From Eledone cirrhosa (lineage: Eukaryota): a DNA stretch of 64,000 nucleotides. The stretch is from assembly GCA_964016885.1 (NCBI GenBank), contig OZ024742.1:31124001-31188000 (forward strand), given 5' to 3'. The position numbers and the translations under genes were made by a program. Positions 39,501 through 53,064 of this stretch are shown in pieces. The notes under the pieces were generated by a model, which saw nothing but the letters and a program-made list of their open reading frames with translations, had not been told where the DNA came from and did not search any database. The stretch's first letter is position 1, and each line of letters starts with the position of its first letter.

Positions 39501-42500
39501 GTAAACTGTCTTACACAACGACACAACGTTAAATAAAACGTCTTACTCAAGGACACAACGTGTAATAAAGTGTCTTACTCAAGGACACAACACGTAATAA
39601 AGTGTCTTACTCAAGGACACAACGTGTAATAAAGTGTCTTACTCAAGGACACAACGTCTAATAAAGTGTCTTACTCAAGGGGACATCGTGAAATAAAGTG
39701 TCTTACTCAAGGACACATTGTGTAATAAAGTGTCTTACTCAAGGACACAACGTGAAGTAAAGTGTCTTGCTCAAGGACACAACGTGAATTAAAGTACTCA
39801 ATGACACAACGTGAAGTAAAGTGTCTTACACAACGACACCACGTGAAATAAAGCGTCTTACTCAAGGACACAACGTGTAATAAAGTGTCTTACTCAAGGA
39901 GACAACGTGAATTAAAGTGTCTTACTCAAGGACACAACGTGTAATAAAGTGTCTTACTCAAGGACTCAACGTGTAATAAAGTGTCTTACTCAAGGACTCA
40001 ACGTGTAATAAAGTGTCTTACTCAAGGACACAACGTGTAATATAGCGTCTTACTCAAGGACACAACGTGTAATAAAGTGTCTTACTCAAGGACTCAACGT
40101 GTAATAAAGTGTCTTACTCCAGGACACAACGTGTAATATAGCGTCTTACTCAAGGACACAACGTGTAATAAAGTGTCTTACTCAAGGACTCAACGTGAAA
40201 TAAAGTGTCTTACTCAAGGAGACAATGTGAAGTAAAGTGTCTTACTCAAGGAGACAATGCGAAGTATAGTGTCTTGCTCAAGGACACAACGCGAAGTAAA
40301 GTGTCTTACTCAACGACACAACGTGAAATAAAGTGTCTTGCTCAAGGACACAACTCGAAATAAAGTGTCTTACTCAACGACACAACGTTAAGTAAAGTGT
40401 CTTGCTCAAGGAGACAACGCGAAGTAAAGTGTCTTACTCAAGGACACAACGTGTAATAAAGTGTATTACTCAAGGAGACAACGTGAAATAAAGTGTCTTA
40501 CTCAAGGACACAATGTGAAGTAAAGTGTCTTACTCAAGGAGACAATGCGAAGTATAGTGTCTTGCTCAAGGACACAACGCGAAGTAAAGTGTCTTACTCA
40601 ACGACACAACGTGAAATAAAGTGTCTTGCTTAACGACACAACGTGAAGTAAAGTGTCTTACTCAAGGACACAACGTGAAATAAAGTGTCTTGCTCAAGGA
40701 CACAACGGGAAATAAAGTGTCTTCCTTAACGACACAACGTGAAATAAAGTGTCTTACTGAAGGACACAACGTGAAGTAAAGTGTCTTGCTCAAGGACACA
40801 ACGGAAAATAAAGTGTCTTACTCAAGGACACAACGTGAAGTAAAGTGTCTTATTCAAGGACACAACGTGAAGTAAAGTGTCTTGCTCAAGGACACAACGT
40901 GAAATAAAGTGTCTTGCTCAACGACACAATGTGAAGTAAAGTGTCTTACTCAAGGAGACAACGCGAAGTATAGTGTCTTGCTCAAGGACACAACGTGAAA
41001 TAAAGTGCCTTACTCAAGGACACAACGTGAAGTAAAGTGTCTTGCTCAAGGAGACAACGTGAAGTAAAGTGCCTTGCTCAAGGACACACCGTGAAATAAC
41101 GTTTTTGCTCAAGGACACAATGTGAAATAAAGTGTATTGCTCAATGAGACAACGCGATGTAAAGTGTCTTGCTCAACGACACAATGTGAAGTTAAGTGTC
41201 TTACTGAAGGAGACAACGCGAAGTAAAGTGTCCTATTCAAGCACATAACGTTAAGTAAAGTGTCTTGCTCAATGACACAACGTGAAGTAAAGTGTCTTGC
41301 TCAAGGAAACAACGTGAAATGAAGTGTCTTGCTCAAGGGCACAATGTGAAGTAAAGTGTCTTGCTTAAGGACACAACGTGAAGTAAAGCGTCTCACCTAA
41401 CGACACAACGTGAAATAAAGCGTCTTACTCAAGGACACAACGTGTAATAAAGTGTCTTACTCAAGGACACAACATGTAATAAAGTGTCTTACTCAAGGAC
41501 ACAACGTGTAATAAAGTGTCTTACTCAAGGAGACAACGTGAAATAAAGTGTCTTACTCAAGGACACTACGTGTAATAAAGTGTCTTACTCAAGGAGACAA
41601 CGTGAAATAAAGTGTCTTACTCAAGGACACATCGTGTAATAAAGTCTCTTACTCAAGAACACAACGTGAAGTAAAGTGTCTTACTCAAGGAGACAACGCC
41701 AAGTATAGTGTCTTGCTCAAGGAGACAACGCGAAGTATAGTGTCTTACTCAACGACACAACGTGAAGTAAAGTGTCTTGCTCAAGGACACAACGTGAAAT
41801 AAAGTGTCTTACTCAAGGACACAATGTGAAGAAAAGTGTCTTACTCAAAGAGACAACGCGAAGTATAATGTCTTGCTCAAGGACACAACGTGAAGTAAAG
41901 TGTCTTGCTTAACGACACAACGTGAAGTAAAGTGTCTTGCTCCAGGATACAACGTAAAATAAAGAGTCTTACTCAAGGACACAATGTGAAGTAAACTATC
42001 TTGCTTAAGGACACAACGTGAAGTAAAGCGTCTTACACAACGACACAACGTGAAATAAAACGTCATACTCAAGGACACAACGTGAAATAAAGTGTCTTAC
42101 TCATGGACACATTGTGTAATAAAGTCTCTTACTCAAGAACACAACGTGTAATAAAATGTCTTACTCAAGGACACAACGTGTAATAAAATGTCTTACTCAA
42201 GGACACAACGTGTAATAAAATGTCTTACTGAAGGACACAACGTGAAATAAAATGTCTTACTCAAGGACACAACGTGTAATAAAATGTCTTACTCAAGGAC
42301 ACAACGTGTAATAAAATGTCTTACTCAAGGACACAACGTGTAATAAAATGTCTTACTCAAGGACACAACGTGAAATAAAATGTCTTACTCAAGGACACAA
42401 CGTGTAATAAAATGTCTTCCTCAAGCACACAACGCGAAATAAAATGTCTTACTCAAGGACACAACGTGAAATAAAATGTCTTACTCAAGGAGACAACGTG

Positions 42501-45500
42501 AATTAAAGTGTCTTACTCAAGGACACAACGTGTAATATAGCGTCTTACTCAAGGAGACAACGTGAAATAAAGTGTCTTACTCAAGCACACAATGTGAAGT
42601 AAAGTGTCTTACTCAAGGAGACAATGCGAAGTATAGTGTCTTGCTCAAGGACACAACGCGAAGTAAAGTGTCTTACTCAACGACACAACGTGAAATAAAG
42701 TGTCTTTCTCAAGGACACAACTCGAAATAAAGTGTCTTACTCAACGACACAACGTGAAATAAAGTGTCTTACTCAAGGACACAACGTGAAGTAAAGTGTC
42801 TTGCTCAAGGACACAACGGAAAATAAAGTGTCTTACTCAAGGACACAATGTGAAGTAAAGTGTCTTACTCAAGGAGACAACGTGAAATAAAGTGTCTTAC
42901 TCAAGGACACATCGTGTAATAAAGTCTCTTACTGAAGAACACAACGTGAAGTAAAGTGTCTTACTCAAGGAGACAACGCCAAGTATAGTGTCTTGCTCAA
43001 GGAGACAACGCGAAGTATAGTGCCTTACTCAAGGACACAACGTGAAGTAAAGTGTCTTGCTCAAGGACACAACGTGAAATAAAGTGTCTTACTGAAGGAC
43101 ACAATGTGAAGAAAAGTGTCTTACTCAAAGAGACAACGCGAAGTATAATGTCTTGCTCAAGGATACAACGTAAAATAAAGAGTCTTACTCAAGGACACAA
43201 TGTGAAGTAAACTGTCTTACACAACGACACAACGTGAAATAAAACGTCTTACTCAAGGACACAACGTGTAATAAAGTGTCTTACTCAAGGACACAACACG
43301 TAATAAAGTGTTTTACTCAAGGACACAACGTGTAATAAAGTGTCTTACTCAAGGACACAACGTCTAATAAAGTGTTTTACTCAAGGGGACATCGTGAAAT
43401 AAAGTGTCTTACTCAAGGACACATTGTGTAATAAAGTGTCTTACTCAAGGACACAACGTGAAGTAAAGTGTCTTGCTCAAGGACACAACGTGAATTAAAG
43501 TACTCAATGACACAACGTGAAGTAAAGTGTCTTACACAACGACACCACGTGAAATAAAGCGTCTTACTCAAGGACACAACGTGTAATAAAGTGTCTTACT
43601 CAAGGAGACAACGTGAATTAAAGTGTCTTACTCAAGGACACAACGTGTAATAAAGTGTCTTACTCAAGGACTCAACGTGTAATAAAGTGTCTTACTCAAG
43701 GACTCAACGTGTAATAAAGTGTCTTACTCAAGGACACAACGTGTAATATAGCGTCTTACTCAAGGACACAACGTGTAATAAAGTGTCTTACTCAAGGACT
43801 CAACGTGTAATAAAGTGTCTTACTCCAGGACACAACGTGTAATATAGCGTCTTACTCAAGGACACAACGTGTAATAAAGTGTCTTACTCAAGGACTCAAC
43901 GTGAAATAAAGTGTCTTACTCAATGACACAACGTGTAATAAAGTGTATTACTCAAGGAGACAACGTGAAATAAAGTGTCTTACTCAAGGACACAATGTGA
44001 AGTAAAGTGTCTTACTCAAGGAGACAATGCGAAGTATAGTGTCTTGCTCAAGGACACAACGCGAAGTAAAGTGTCTTACTCAACGACACAACGTGAAATA
44101 AAGTGTCTTGCTCAAGGACACAACTCGAAATAAAGTGTCTTACTCAACGACACAACGTGAAATAAAGTGTCTTACTCTAGGACACAACGTGAAGTAAAGT
44201 GTCTTGCTCAACGACACAATGTGAAGTAAAGTGTCTTACTCAAGGAGACAACGCGAAGTATAGTGTCTTGCTCAAGGACACAACGTGAAATAAAGTGCCT
44301 TACTCAAGGACACAACGTGAAGTAAAGTGTCTTGCTCAAGGAGACAACGTGAAGTAAAGTGCCTTGCTCAAGGACACACCGTGAAATAACGTTTTTGCTC
44401 AAGGACACAATGTGAAATAAAGTGTATTGCTCAATGAGACAACGCGAAGTAAAGTGTCTTGCTCAACGACACAACGCGAAGTAAAGTGTCTTACTCAACG
44501 ACACAACGCGAAGTAAAGTGTCTTACTCAAGGACACAACGTTAAGTAAAGTGTCTTGCTCAAGGAGACAACGCGAAGTAAAGTGTCTTACTCAAGGACAC
44601 AACGTGTAATAAAGTGTATTACTCAAGGAGACAACGTGAAATAAAGTGTCTTACTCAAGGACACAATGTGAAGTAAAGTGTCTTACTCAAGGAGACAATG
44701 CGAAGTATAGTGTCTTGCTCAAGGACACAACGCGAAGTAAAGTGTCTTACTCAACGACACAACGTGAAATAAAGTGTCTTGCTTAACGACACAACGTGAA
44801 GTAAAGTGTCTTACTCAAGGACACAACGTGAAATAAAGTGTCTTGCTCAAGGACACAACGTGAAATAAAGTGTCTTGCTTAACGACACAACGTGAAGTAA
44901 AGTGTCTTACTCAAGGACACAACGTGAAATAAAGTGTCTTGCTCAAGGACACAACGTGAAGTAAAGTGTCTTACTCAACGACACAACGTGAAATAAAGTG
45001 TCTTACTGAAGGACACAACGTGAAGTAAAGTGTCTTGCTCAAGGACACAACGGAAAATAAAGTGTCTTACTCAAGGACACAATGTGAAGTAAAGTGTCTT
45101 ACTCAAGGACACAACGTGAAGTAAAGTGTCTTGCTCAAGGACACAACGTGAAATAAAGTGTCTTGCTCAACGACACAATGTGAAGTAAAGTGTCTTACTC
45201 AAGGAGACAACGCGAAGTATAGTGTCTTGCTCAAGGACACAACGTGAAATAAAGTGCCTTACTCAAGGACACAACGTGAAGTAAAGTGTCTTGCTCAAGG
45301 ACACAACGTGAAATAAAGTGTCTTGCTCAACGACACAATGTGAAGTAAAGTGTCTTACTCAAGGAGACAACGCGAAGTATAGTGTCTTGCTCAAGGACAC
45401 AACGTGAAATAAAGTGCCTTACTCAAGGACACAACGTGAAGTAAAGTGTCTTGCTCAAGGAGACAACGTGAAGTAAAGTGCCTTGCTCAAGGACACACCG

Positions 45501-48500
45501 TGAAATAACGTTTTTGCTCAAGGACACAATGTGAAATAAAGTGTATTGCTCAATGAGACAACGCGATGTAAAGTGTCTTGCTCAAGGAGACAACGCGAAG
45601 TAAAGTGTCTTACTCAACGACACAACGCGAAGTAAAGTGTCTTACTCAAGGACACAACGTGAAGTAAAGTGTCTTGCTCAAGGAGACAACGCGAAGTAAA
45701 GTGTCCTATTCAAGCACATAACGTTAAGTAAAGTGTCTTGCTCAATGACACCACGTGAAGTAAAGTGTCTTGCTCAAGGAAACAACGTGAAATGAAGTGT
45801 CTTGCTCAAGGGCACGATGTGAAGTAAAGTGTCTTGCTTAAGGACACAACGTGAAGTAAAGCGTCTCACCTAACGACACAACGTGAAATAAAGCGTCTTA
45901 CTCAAGGACACAACGTGTAATAAAGTGTCTTACTCAAGGACACAACATGTAATAAAGTGTCTTACTCAAGGACACAACGTGTAATAAAGTGTCTTACTCA
46001 AGGAGACAACGTGAAATAAAGTGTCTTACTCAAGGACACTACGTGTAATAAAGTGTCTTACTCAAGGAGACAACGTGAAATAAAGTGTCTTACTCAAGGA
46101 CACATCGTGTAATAAAGTCTCTTACTCAAGAACACAACGTGAAGTAAAATGTCTTACTCAAGGAGACAACGCCAAGTATAGTGTTTTGCTCAAGGAGACA
46201 ACGCGAAGTATAGTGTCTTACTCAACGACACAACGTGAAGTAAAGTGTCTTGCTCAAGGACACAACGTGAAATAAAGTGTCTTACTCAAGGACACAATGT
46301 GAAGAAAAGTGTCTTACTCAAAGAGACAACGCGAAGTATAATGTCTTGCTCAAGGACACAACGTGAAGTAAAGTGTCTTGCTTAACGACACAACGTGAAG
46401 TAAAGTGTCTTGCTCCAGGATACAACGTAAAATAAAGAGTCTTACTCAAGGACACAATGTGAAGTAAACTATCTTGCTTAAGGACACAACGTGAAGTAAA
46501 GCGTCTTACACAACGACACAACGTGAAATAAAACGTCATACTCAAGGACACAACGTGAAATAAAGTGTCTTACTCATGGACACATTGTGTAATAAAGTCT
46601 CTTACTCAAGAACACAACGTGTAATAAAATGTCTTACTCAAGGACACAACGTGTAATAAAATGTCTTACTCAAGGACACAACGTGTAATAAAATGTCTTA
46701 CTGAAGGACACAACGTGAAATAAAATGTCTTACTCAAGGACACAACGTGTAATAAAATGTCTTACTCAAGGACACAACGTGTAATAAAATGTCTTACTCA
46801 AGGACACAACGTGTAATAAAATGTCTTACTCAAGGACACAACGTGAAATAAAATGTCTTACTCAAGGACACAACGTGTAATAAAATGTCTTCCTCAAGCA
46901 CACAACGCGAAATAAAATGTCTTACTCAAGGACACAACGTGAAATAAAATGTCTTACTCAAGGAGACAACGTGAATTAAAGTGTCTTACTCAAGGACACA
47001 ACGTGTAATATAGCGTCTTACTCAAGGAGACAACGTGAAATAAAGTGTCTTACTCAAGCACACAATGTGAAGTAAAGTGTCTTACTCAAGGAGACAATGC
47101 GAAGTATAGTGTCTTGCTCAAGGACACAACGCGAAGTAAAGTGTCTTACTCAACGACACAACGTGAAATAAAGTGTCTTGCTCAAGGACACAACTCGAAA
47201 TAAAGTGTCTTACTCAACGACACAACGTGAAGTAAAGTGTCTTGCTCAAAGACACAACGGAAAATAAAGTGTCTTACTCAAGGACACAATGTGAAGTAAA
47301 GTGTCTTACTCAAGGACACAACGTGAAGTAAAGTGTCTTGCTCAAGGACACAACGTGAAATAAAGTGTCTTGCTCAACGACACAATGTGAAGTAAAGTGT
47401 CTTACTCAAGGAGACAACGCGAAGTATAGTGTCTTGCTCAAGGACACAACGTGAAGTAAAGTGTCTTACTCCACGACATAACGTGAAATAAAGTGTCTTT
47501 CTCAAGGAGACAATGTGAAGTAAAGTGTCTTGCTCAACGACACAACGTGTAATAAAGTGTATTACTCAAGGACACAACGTGAAGTAAAGTGTCTTGCTCA
47601 AAGACACAACGTGAAATAAAGTGTCTTACTCAACGACACAACGTGAAGTAAAGTGTCTTGCTCAAGGACATAACGCGAAGTAAAGTGTCTTACTCAACGA
47701 CACAACGTAAAATAAAGTGTTTAGCTCAAGGACACAACGTGAAGTAAAGTGTCTTACTCAACGACACAACGTGAAGTAATGTGTCTTACTCAAGGAGACA
47801 ACGCGAAGTATAGTGTCTTACTCAAGGACACAACGTTGAGTAAAGTGTCTTACTGAACGACACAACATGAAATAAAGTGTCTTACTCAAGGACACAACGT
47901 GAAATAAAGTGTCTTGCTCAAGGACACAACGTGAAATAAAGTGTCTTACTCAACGACACAACGTGAAGTAAAGTGTCTTACTCAAGGACACAACGTGAAA
48001 TAAAGTGTCTTGCTCAAGGACACAACGTGAAGTAAAGTGTCTTACTCAACGACACAACGTGAAGTAAAGTGTCTTACTCAAGGACACAACGTGAAATAAA
48101 GCGACTTACTCAAGGACACAACGTGAAGTAAAGTGTCTTACTCGAGGACACAATGTAAAGTAAAGTGTTTTGCTCATGGACACAACGTGAAGTAAAGTGT
48201 CTTGCTCAAAGACACAACGTGAAATAAAGTGTCTTGCTCAACGACACAACGTGAAGTAAAGTGTCTTGCTCAAGGACACAACATGAAATAAAGTGTCTTA
48301 CTCAAGGACACAACGTGAAGTAAAGTGTCTTGTTGAAGGACACAACGTGAAGTAAAGTGTCTTGCTCAAGGACACAACGTAAAGCAAAGTGTTTTGCTCG
48401 ATGGCACAATGTAAAGTAAAGTGTCTTGCTCAAGGACACAACGTGAAGTAAAGTGTCTTACTCAAGGACATAACGTGAAGTAAAGTGTCTTGTTGAAGGA

Positions 48501-48818
48501 CACAACGTGAAGTAAAGTGTCTTGCTCAACGACACAACGTGAAGTAAAGTGTCTTGCTCGAGGGCACAATGTAAAGTAAAGTGTTTTGCTCAAGGACACA
48601 ACGTGAAGTAAAGTCTCTTGCTCAAGGAAATAACGTGAAGTAAAGTGTCTTGCTCACCGACACAACGTGAAATAAAGTGTCTTACTGAACGACACAACGT
48701 GAAATAAAGTGCCTTGCTCAAGGACACAACGTGAAATAAAGCGTGTTACTCGAAGGCACAATGTAAAGTAAAGTGTGTTACTCGAGGACAAAACGTGAAG
48801 CGAAGTGTCTTACTCAAA
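27518..48818. repeat. Satellite array, 32-bp unit, ~21.3 kb (roughly 660-670 units), with higher-order repeats
   Basis: Consensus ACACAACGTGAAATAAAGTGTCTTACTCAAGG; common variants GAAGT/GTAAT, CTTG/CTTA and AAGG/AACG. Confidence 0.98.
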
Positions 48819-49615
48819 TTGTCTCCTCCCCAAATTCTTGGCCTTGTGCCTCTATTAGAAACGATTAAGGGCAGTGGATTGACAGTATCGGTAGAATGTT
48901 GGATAACATGGTTTATGGCATATACTTACGGCCCTTTACGTTCTGATTTCGAATCCCGTCGAGGTTAGCTTTACCATATATCCTGACGGTGTCCATAAAA
49001 CGAAGTATCAGTAACGCACTAGGGTCGATTTGATAAACTTTCTCCTCCTCCTTCAGGATTGTTGGCCTTGTGCCTAAATCAGAAACCATTTGTAACATTA
49101 TCACGGTGGTTTGGCAGTATCAGTAGAGGGTTGGACGCCATGCTTTGACGCATAGAGTTACGGCTCTTGCCATTCTGAGTTCAAATCCCGCCAAGGTTAA
49201 CTTTGCCTTTCATCCTTACGGGGTCGATAAAATAAAGTACCAGTAATGTACTGGGTAATTGCTGGCCTTGTGCCAAAAGTAGAAACAATTATTAACATTA
49301 TTATGTGCTCAGATCCTGCCGAGGTTAACTTTGCCTTTCATCCTTTAAGGGTCGATAAAATAAAGTACCAGTAATACACTGGGTAGATTTAATCGATTTC
49401 CCCTTCCCCAAAATTGTTGGCCATGTGCCTAAACCAGAAACCATTATTATAAAGTAAAGGGCATTTACAGCATAGAGTTATGCCTCTTTACTTTCTGAGT
49501 TCAAATTCCGCTGAGGTTAGCTTTACCTTTCATCGTTACGGGGTCGATAAAATAAAGTACCAGTAATGCACTGGGTTATTGCTGGCCTTGCGTCAAAAGT
49601 AGAAACCATTATTAT
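48819..49615 (+). mobile_element. Cluster of about five head-to-tail SINE family A copies or fragments
   Basis: GGCCTTGTGCC...AGAAAC-type 3' ends near 48860, 49085, 49285, 49440 and 49605. Confidence 0.85.
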
Positions 49616-49903
49616 AAACGAAACTATATTTAGAAGAAAACGACGTCGGGACTGGATCACACTGGTCAGGTGTGTCAGACAGTGACGTGATTTTAGTAGG
49701 TACAGAGAGGGGGATTAAAGGAGAGTTTTGTGTGATAGACATTGTGAGAAGGAGAGTTTGTTGGAGGGCTGACATTAATATGTGTGTGAGTGTGTGTGGG
49801 GGTCTGGCAAATGATTAAGCGGGTGGTGGGGACGATTATTCAAGACCCGAGAGTACGTGAATTATTGACGAAGTAGAGTTTAAATATTCATTTATTATAG
49901 CAA

Positions 49904-50003
49904 AGCCTTGTTACTCTGGAGTCTCACCTGCGTACTCACAGGATCATCAGACAAGACTGGTGATCCTGTGAGTACGCAGGTGAAACTTTAGAGTAACAAA
50001 GCT
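49904..50003. ncRNA. Miniature fold-back of two hammerhead copies, each with one core mutation
   Basis: Minus 49907-49955: cttgt-CTGATGA-tcctgtgagtacgcaggt-GAGA-ctccagag-TA-acaag. Plus 49957-50002: CTGGTGA...GAAA-ctttagag-TA-acaa. Confidence 0.72.
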
Positions 50004-50009
50004 TACCAG

Positions 50010-51002
50010 TCTAAACTATAATAAAGGAACGTCTGCGGGATTGCGTACGGTTTATTTTCTTCTTTTTTTTTTATCCCGTTTGTAAAATAAGTTGGATTAC
50101 TTTGAATAAATAATTGTTTCTTCTTCTGGTACAAGGCCAGCAATTATCCTAGTGTATTACTGGTACTTTATTTTATCGACCCCGTAAGGATGAAAGGCAA
50201 AGTTAACCTCGGCGGGATTTGAACTCAGATCATAAAGGGCCGTAACTCTATGCGGCAAAGCATGGCGTCCGACCCTCTACCGATACTGCCAATCCACCGC
50301 CCTTTATTCATCACCATGAATAAATAATTGTTTCTACTTTTGGCACAAGGCCAGCAATTAACCCAGTGTATTACTGGTACTTTATTTTATCGACCCCGAA
50401 AGGATGAAAGGCAAAGTTAACCTCGGCGGGATTTGAACTCAGAATGGCAAGGACCGTAACTCTATGCGTCAAAGCATGGCGTCCGACCCTCTACTGGTAC
50501 TGCCAAATGAATGAATATTACATAATTTATCTACTCAATTTCGTAAACAAAAATAATTTCATGAAAATAAATAATTTCAAAATTGACTTCTTTTCAAAGT
50601 TGAATTTCCGGTATATCGTCACCACCAACACTTCAACTACCATATATATATAGAAAGAGAGAGTGTGTGATGAGAGATAATGATTTTCTACTCCTGACGC
50701 GTATGATTGTGCACATGCATACATCTATATGTATGAGTATATAACTATTATGAGTATATATTTCTGTCACTAATTTTCTCCTAATGCAGTTTATATATAA
50801 TATCGTCTTTTTTAATGTATCATGGATTACGTTACTGATTACATAAGACAGTGTAACAGAGTCTTCGTTCAATTTCTCTGTATATTTCAATTACGATTTT
50901 ATTTGATGTATCATATCTACATGTATAATACCTGCGTATAATATCAATATACACACTACACATGCTAGCAGAAAACCACCCGAAGGGTGGTTTTTCTGCT
51001 AG
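50010..51002 (+). mobile_element. Non-autonomous Helitron with nested SINEs
   Basis: Starts TCTAAACTATAATAAAG and ends AGAAAACCACCC-GAA-GGGTGGTTTTTCTG-CTAG|T. Colinear with the reverse complement of 4821-5462 on both sides of the SINE insert. Confidence 0.82.
50115..50505 (-). mobile_element. Two SINE family A copies nested in the Helitron
   Basis: Reverse-complement B box GGGATTTGAACTC near 50214 and 50428. Confidence 0.9.
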
Positions 51003-51025
51003 TAGCCATAATAAATGAATGTATG

Positions 51026-51057
<32 letters not shown>

Positions 51058-51059
51058 AC

Positions 51060-51257
51060 AAAACAACAAAGAAAGTGTGGTAAGAAACCAGGTGGACCAT
51101 AACGCACCAGAGTACTCGATACTTAGGTTAGTAGAGTGGGTAATAGGAAAAGAGTCAGGACCCCGACGGCTGAGCTCTGACGTTTAGATCCGAATAGCTA
51201 GATCTAGCTGTCGAAACGGCCAGAGCTCAGCCGTCGGGGTCCTGAATCTTTGCCTAT
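51060..51257. mobile_element. pLTR-like fragment with short fold-back (51143-51257)
   Basis: AGGACCCCGACGGCTGAGCTCTG and CAGAGCTCAGCCGTCGGGGTCCT are inverted. Related to 18490-18640 (AGAGTACTCGATACTT, CTAGCTGTYGAAAC). Confidence 0.6.
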
Positions 51258-51337
51258 ATATATACGTATATATATTTATATATAATTGGTGTGGGATGCT
51301 TAAAGCGTCCGAAAGCGGTAGGCTGTTTGAGCACTCG

Positions 51338-51368
<31 letters not shown>

Positions 51369-51409
51369 CAAAACATAAGTCAATTGCATGAACTCATAAT
51401 CCTTTATTT

Positions 51410-51465
51410 ACTGCTATATATATTTCGATGATAGCCATTGAATGGCTATAACCTCATCAGGCAGT
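51410..51465 (-). ncRNA. Type I hammerhead ribozyme, relative of 17762-17816
   Basis: actgc-CTGATGA-ggtt-atagcca-ttcaa-tggctat-catc-GAAA-tatata-TA-gcagt, followed by an AATAAA. Confidence 0.85.
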
Positions 51466-51524
51466 TAGTCAGTTCTTAGATATGCCAGCTCTGTGTTTTT
51501 AGTGTTGATGGTATCAGAGCCTTG

Positions 51525-51611
<87 letters not shown>

Positions 51612-52147
51612 AGATGAATAAATTGGGTATAATACCAGTATCTTACTAACTGCGAAGAAGCTCTATATATTAACCCATTAGAATAGGACACAGACCATAA
51701 CATTTTAAATTATATATATACAGTGGCAGTGGAATTTGCGGGTAGTGGAACATGTATATATTAAACAATATATACATATATATATTTAAATATATTAACC
51801 AGAGAACTGGGACAACTCGTCAAGCAACTAGGAAAAGAAGTGGGTGTGTAGAGTATTACTGCGACCGGGGGGGGGGGGGCAATTTCTCCAATAATTATAT
51901 TTTCTCCCCAAACTACAAAAACACACATCTATATGTATATGCGCTACAATTTATGAACATATTATGTTTATCAATATCGAAGTTTTATGACCATTTTAGA
52001 GTGCAAAGAGCTAATTAATCATTACAACTAAATTGTCCAAATTTGCAGCTTCATATGCAAATGAGATTAATCATCTCATTTACACAGACGAGAAAAGTAT
52101 ATATTCTCAGCTGTCTTCTAGTCCAGCAGTCGCAAGCGGTGGGAGGG

Positions 52148-52191
52148 ACCGTCCTGACGAAGACCAGTTAAGTCTGAAATGCATAGACGGT
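52148..52191 (+). ncRNA. Minimal type I hammerhead ribozyme
   Basis: accgtc-CTGACGA-agac-cagttaa-gtct-GAAA-tgca-TA-gacggt; perfect helices I and II, palindromic ATGCAT. Confidence 0.87.
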
Positions 52192-52331
52192 TGTCCCCCT
52201 TGCTTTTGCTGGACATCACCAGAGGGCGTTAGACCCCCCCCCCCCCCCCGGTGTTTGCATAGCTACGGCTTCCTAAAACTGTATTTCTTTGGAGATACGA
52301 AATATTTATACATATTTAAATGTATATATTT

Positions 52332-52510
52332 ATTAATATAGAAATGGCTTCTACAGGGCTCGAACCGTTTCATTCGAAGGAAATCATCAGGGCTTTCCTG
52401 ATGATTTCCTTCGAATAAATCAATTCTAGTCCTGTAGAAGCCATTTCTATATTAAACATTATATACTCTACTATGTATTGAGTACCTTACTGTGGTTACC
52501 CCCGATTGAC
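52332..52510. mobile_element. Short fold-back pLTR with two hammerhead copies (52346-52392 minus, 52391-52442 plus)
   Basis: Composite reads ggcttt-c-CTGATGA-tttccttcgaat-GAAA-c...ctg-TA-gaagcc. The plus copy has lost GAAA; the minus copy lacks the 5' strand of helix I. Confidence 0.75.
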
Positions 52511-53064
52511 CCCCCCCCCCCCACACATATATATATGTGACATGTGTGTATATCCGTATGTGTGTGTGTTTCTAGCACTGTTCAGTACAACTGATAAGAG
52601 AACGAGACATAATATTCTTCATTTGACACTAGACATAGAAAAGGTCAACCAGTCGTCGTCTTTTGTATTGCATCATTAATAGTTTGTGGAATTATTCTCA
52701 CGCTACCACCTACACTTATCTCACCAATAATAAACACTTTACTCAACATAATTCCACCACGCTCCCTCACCTAAATACTTCCACTACATTCGTTTATATA
52801 TCGAAATCAACGGCTTAGCTTTTTGTTAGTGAACCTTGGTCTTGGTAGAAATAGCAGCCAAAAGTCCTTGAAATCATACCCCATAGTCATTAAAATACGA
52901 AGGACGCATTGGAAAATGTATATTTTACTCGGTTGGTCAGGAGAATGGTGCACTGCCCATGAGTGGATATAGATATTGATAGATGGGAGGAAGGTGTCCT
53001 TAAAGCATCTTTGCAACAGGATCGATCTGAGGTCTGATCGATTATTGCTGATATTGTACTAAAT

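Noticed and set aside
37980-46551. Three near-identical 77-aa ORFs on the minus strand
   Set aside because: Chance stop-free runs through satellite monomers, repeated by the higher-order structure.
27518-48818. CRISPR-like array of ~32-bp repeats
   Set aside because: Units are contiguous with no unique spacers, there are no cas genes, the context is eukaryotic, and the monomer derives from a SINE.
49904-50003. A-to-G core changes as a sign of ADAR editing before reverse transcription
   Set aside because: Too few sites to separate from ordinary transitions.
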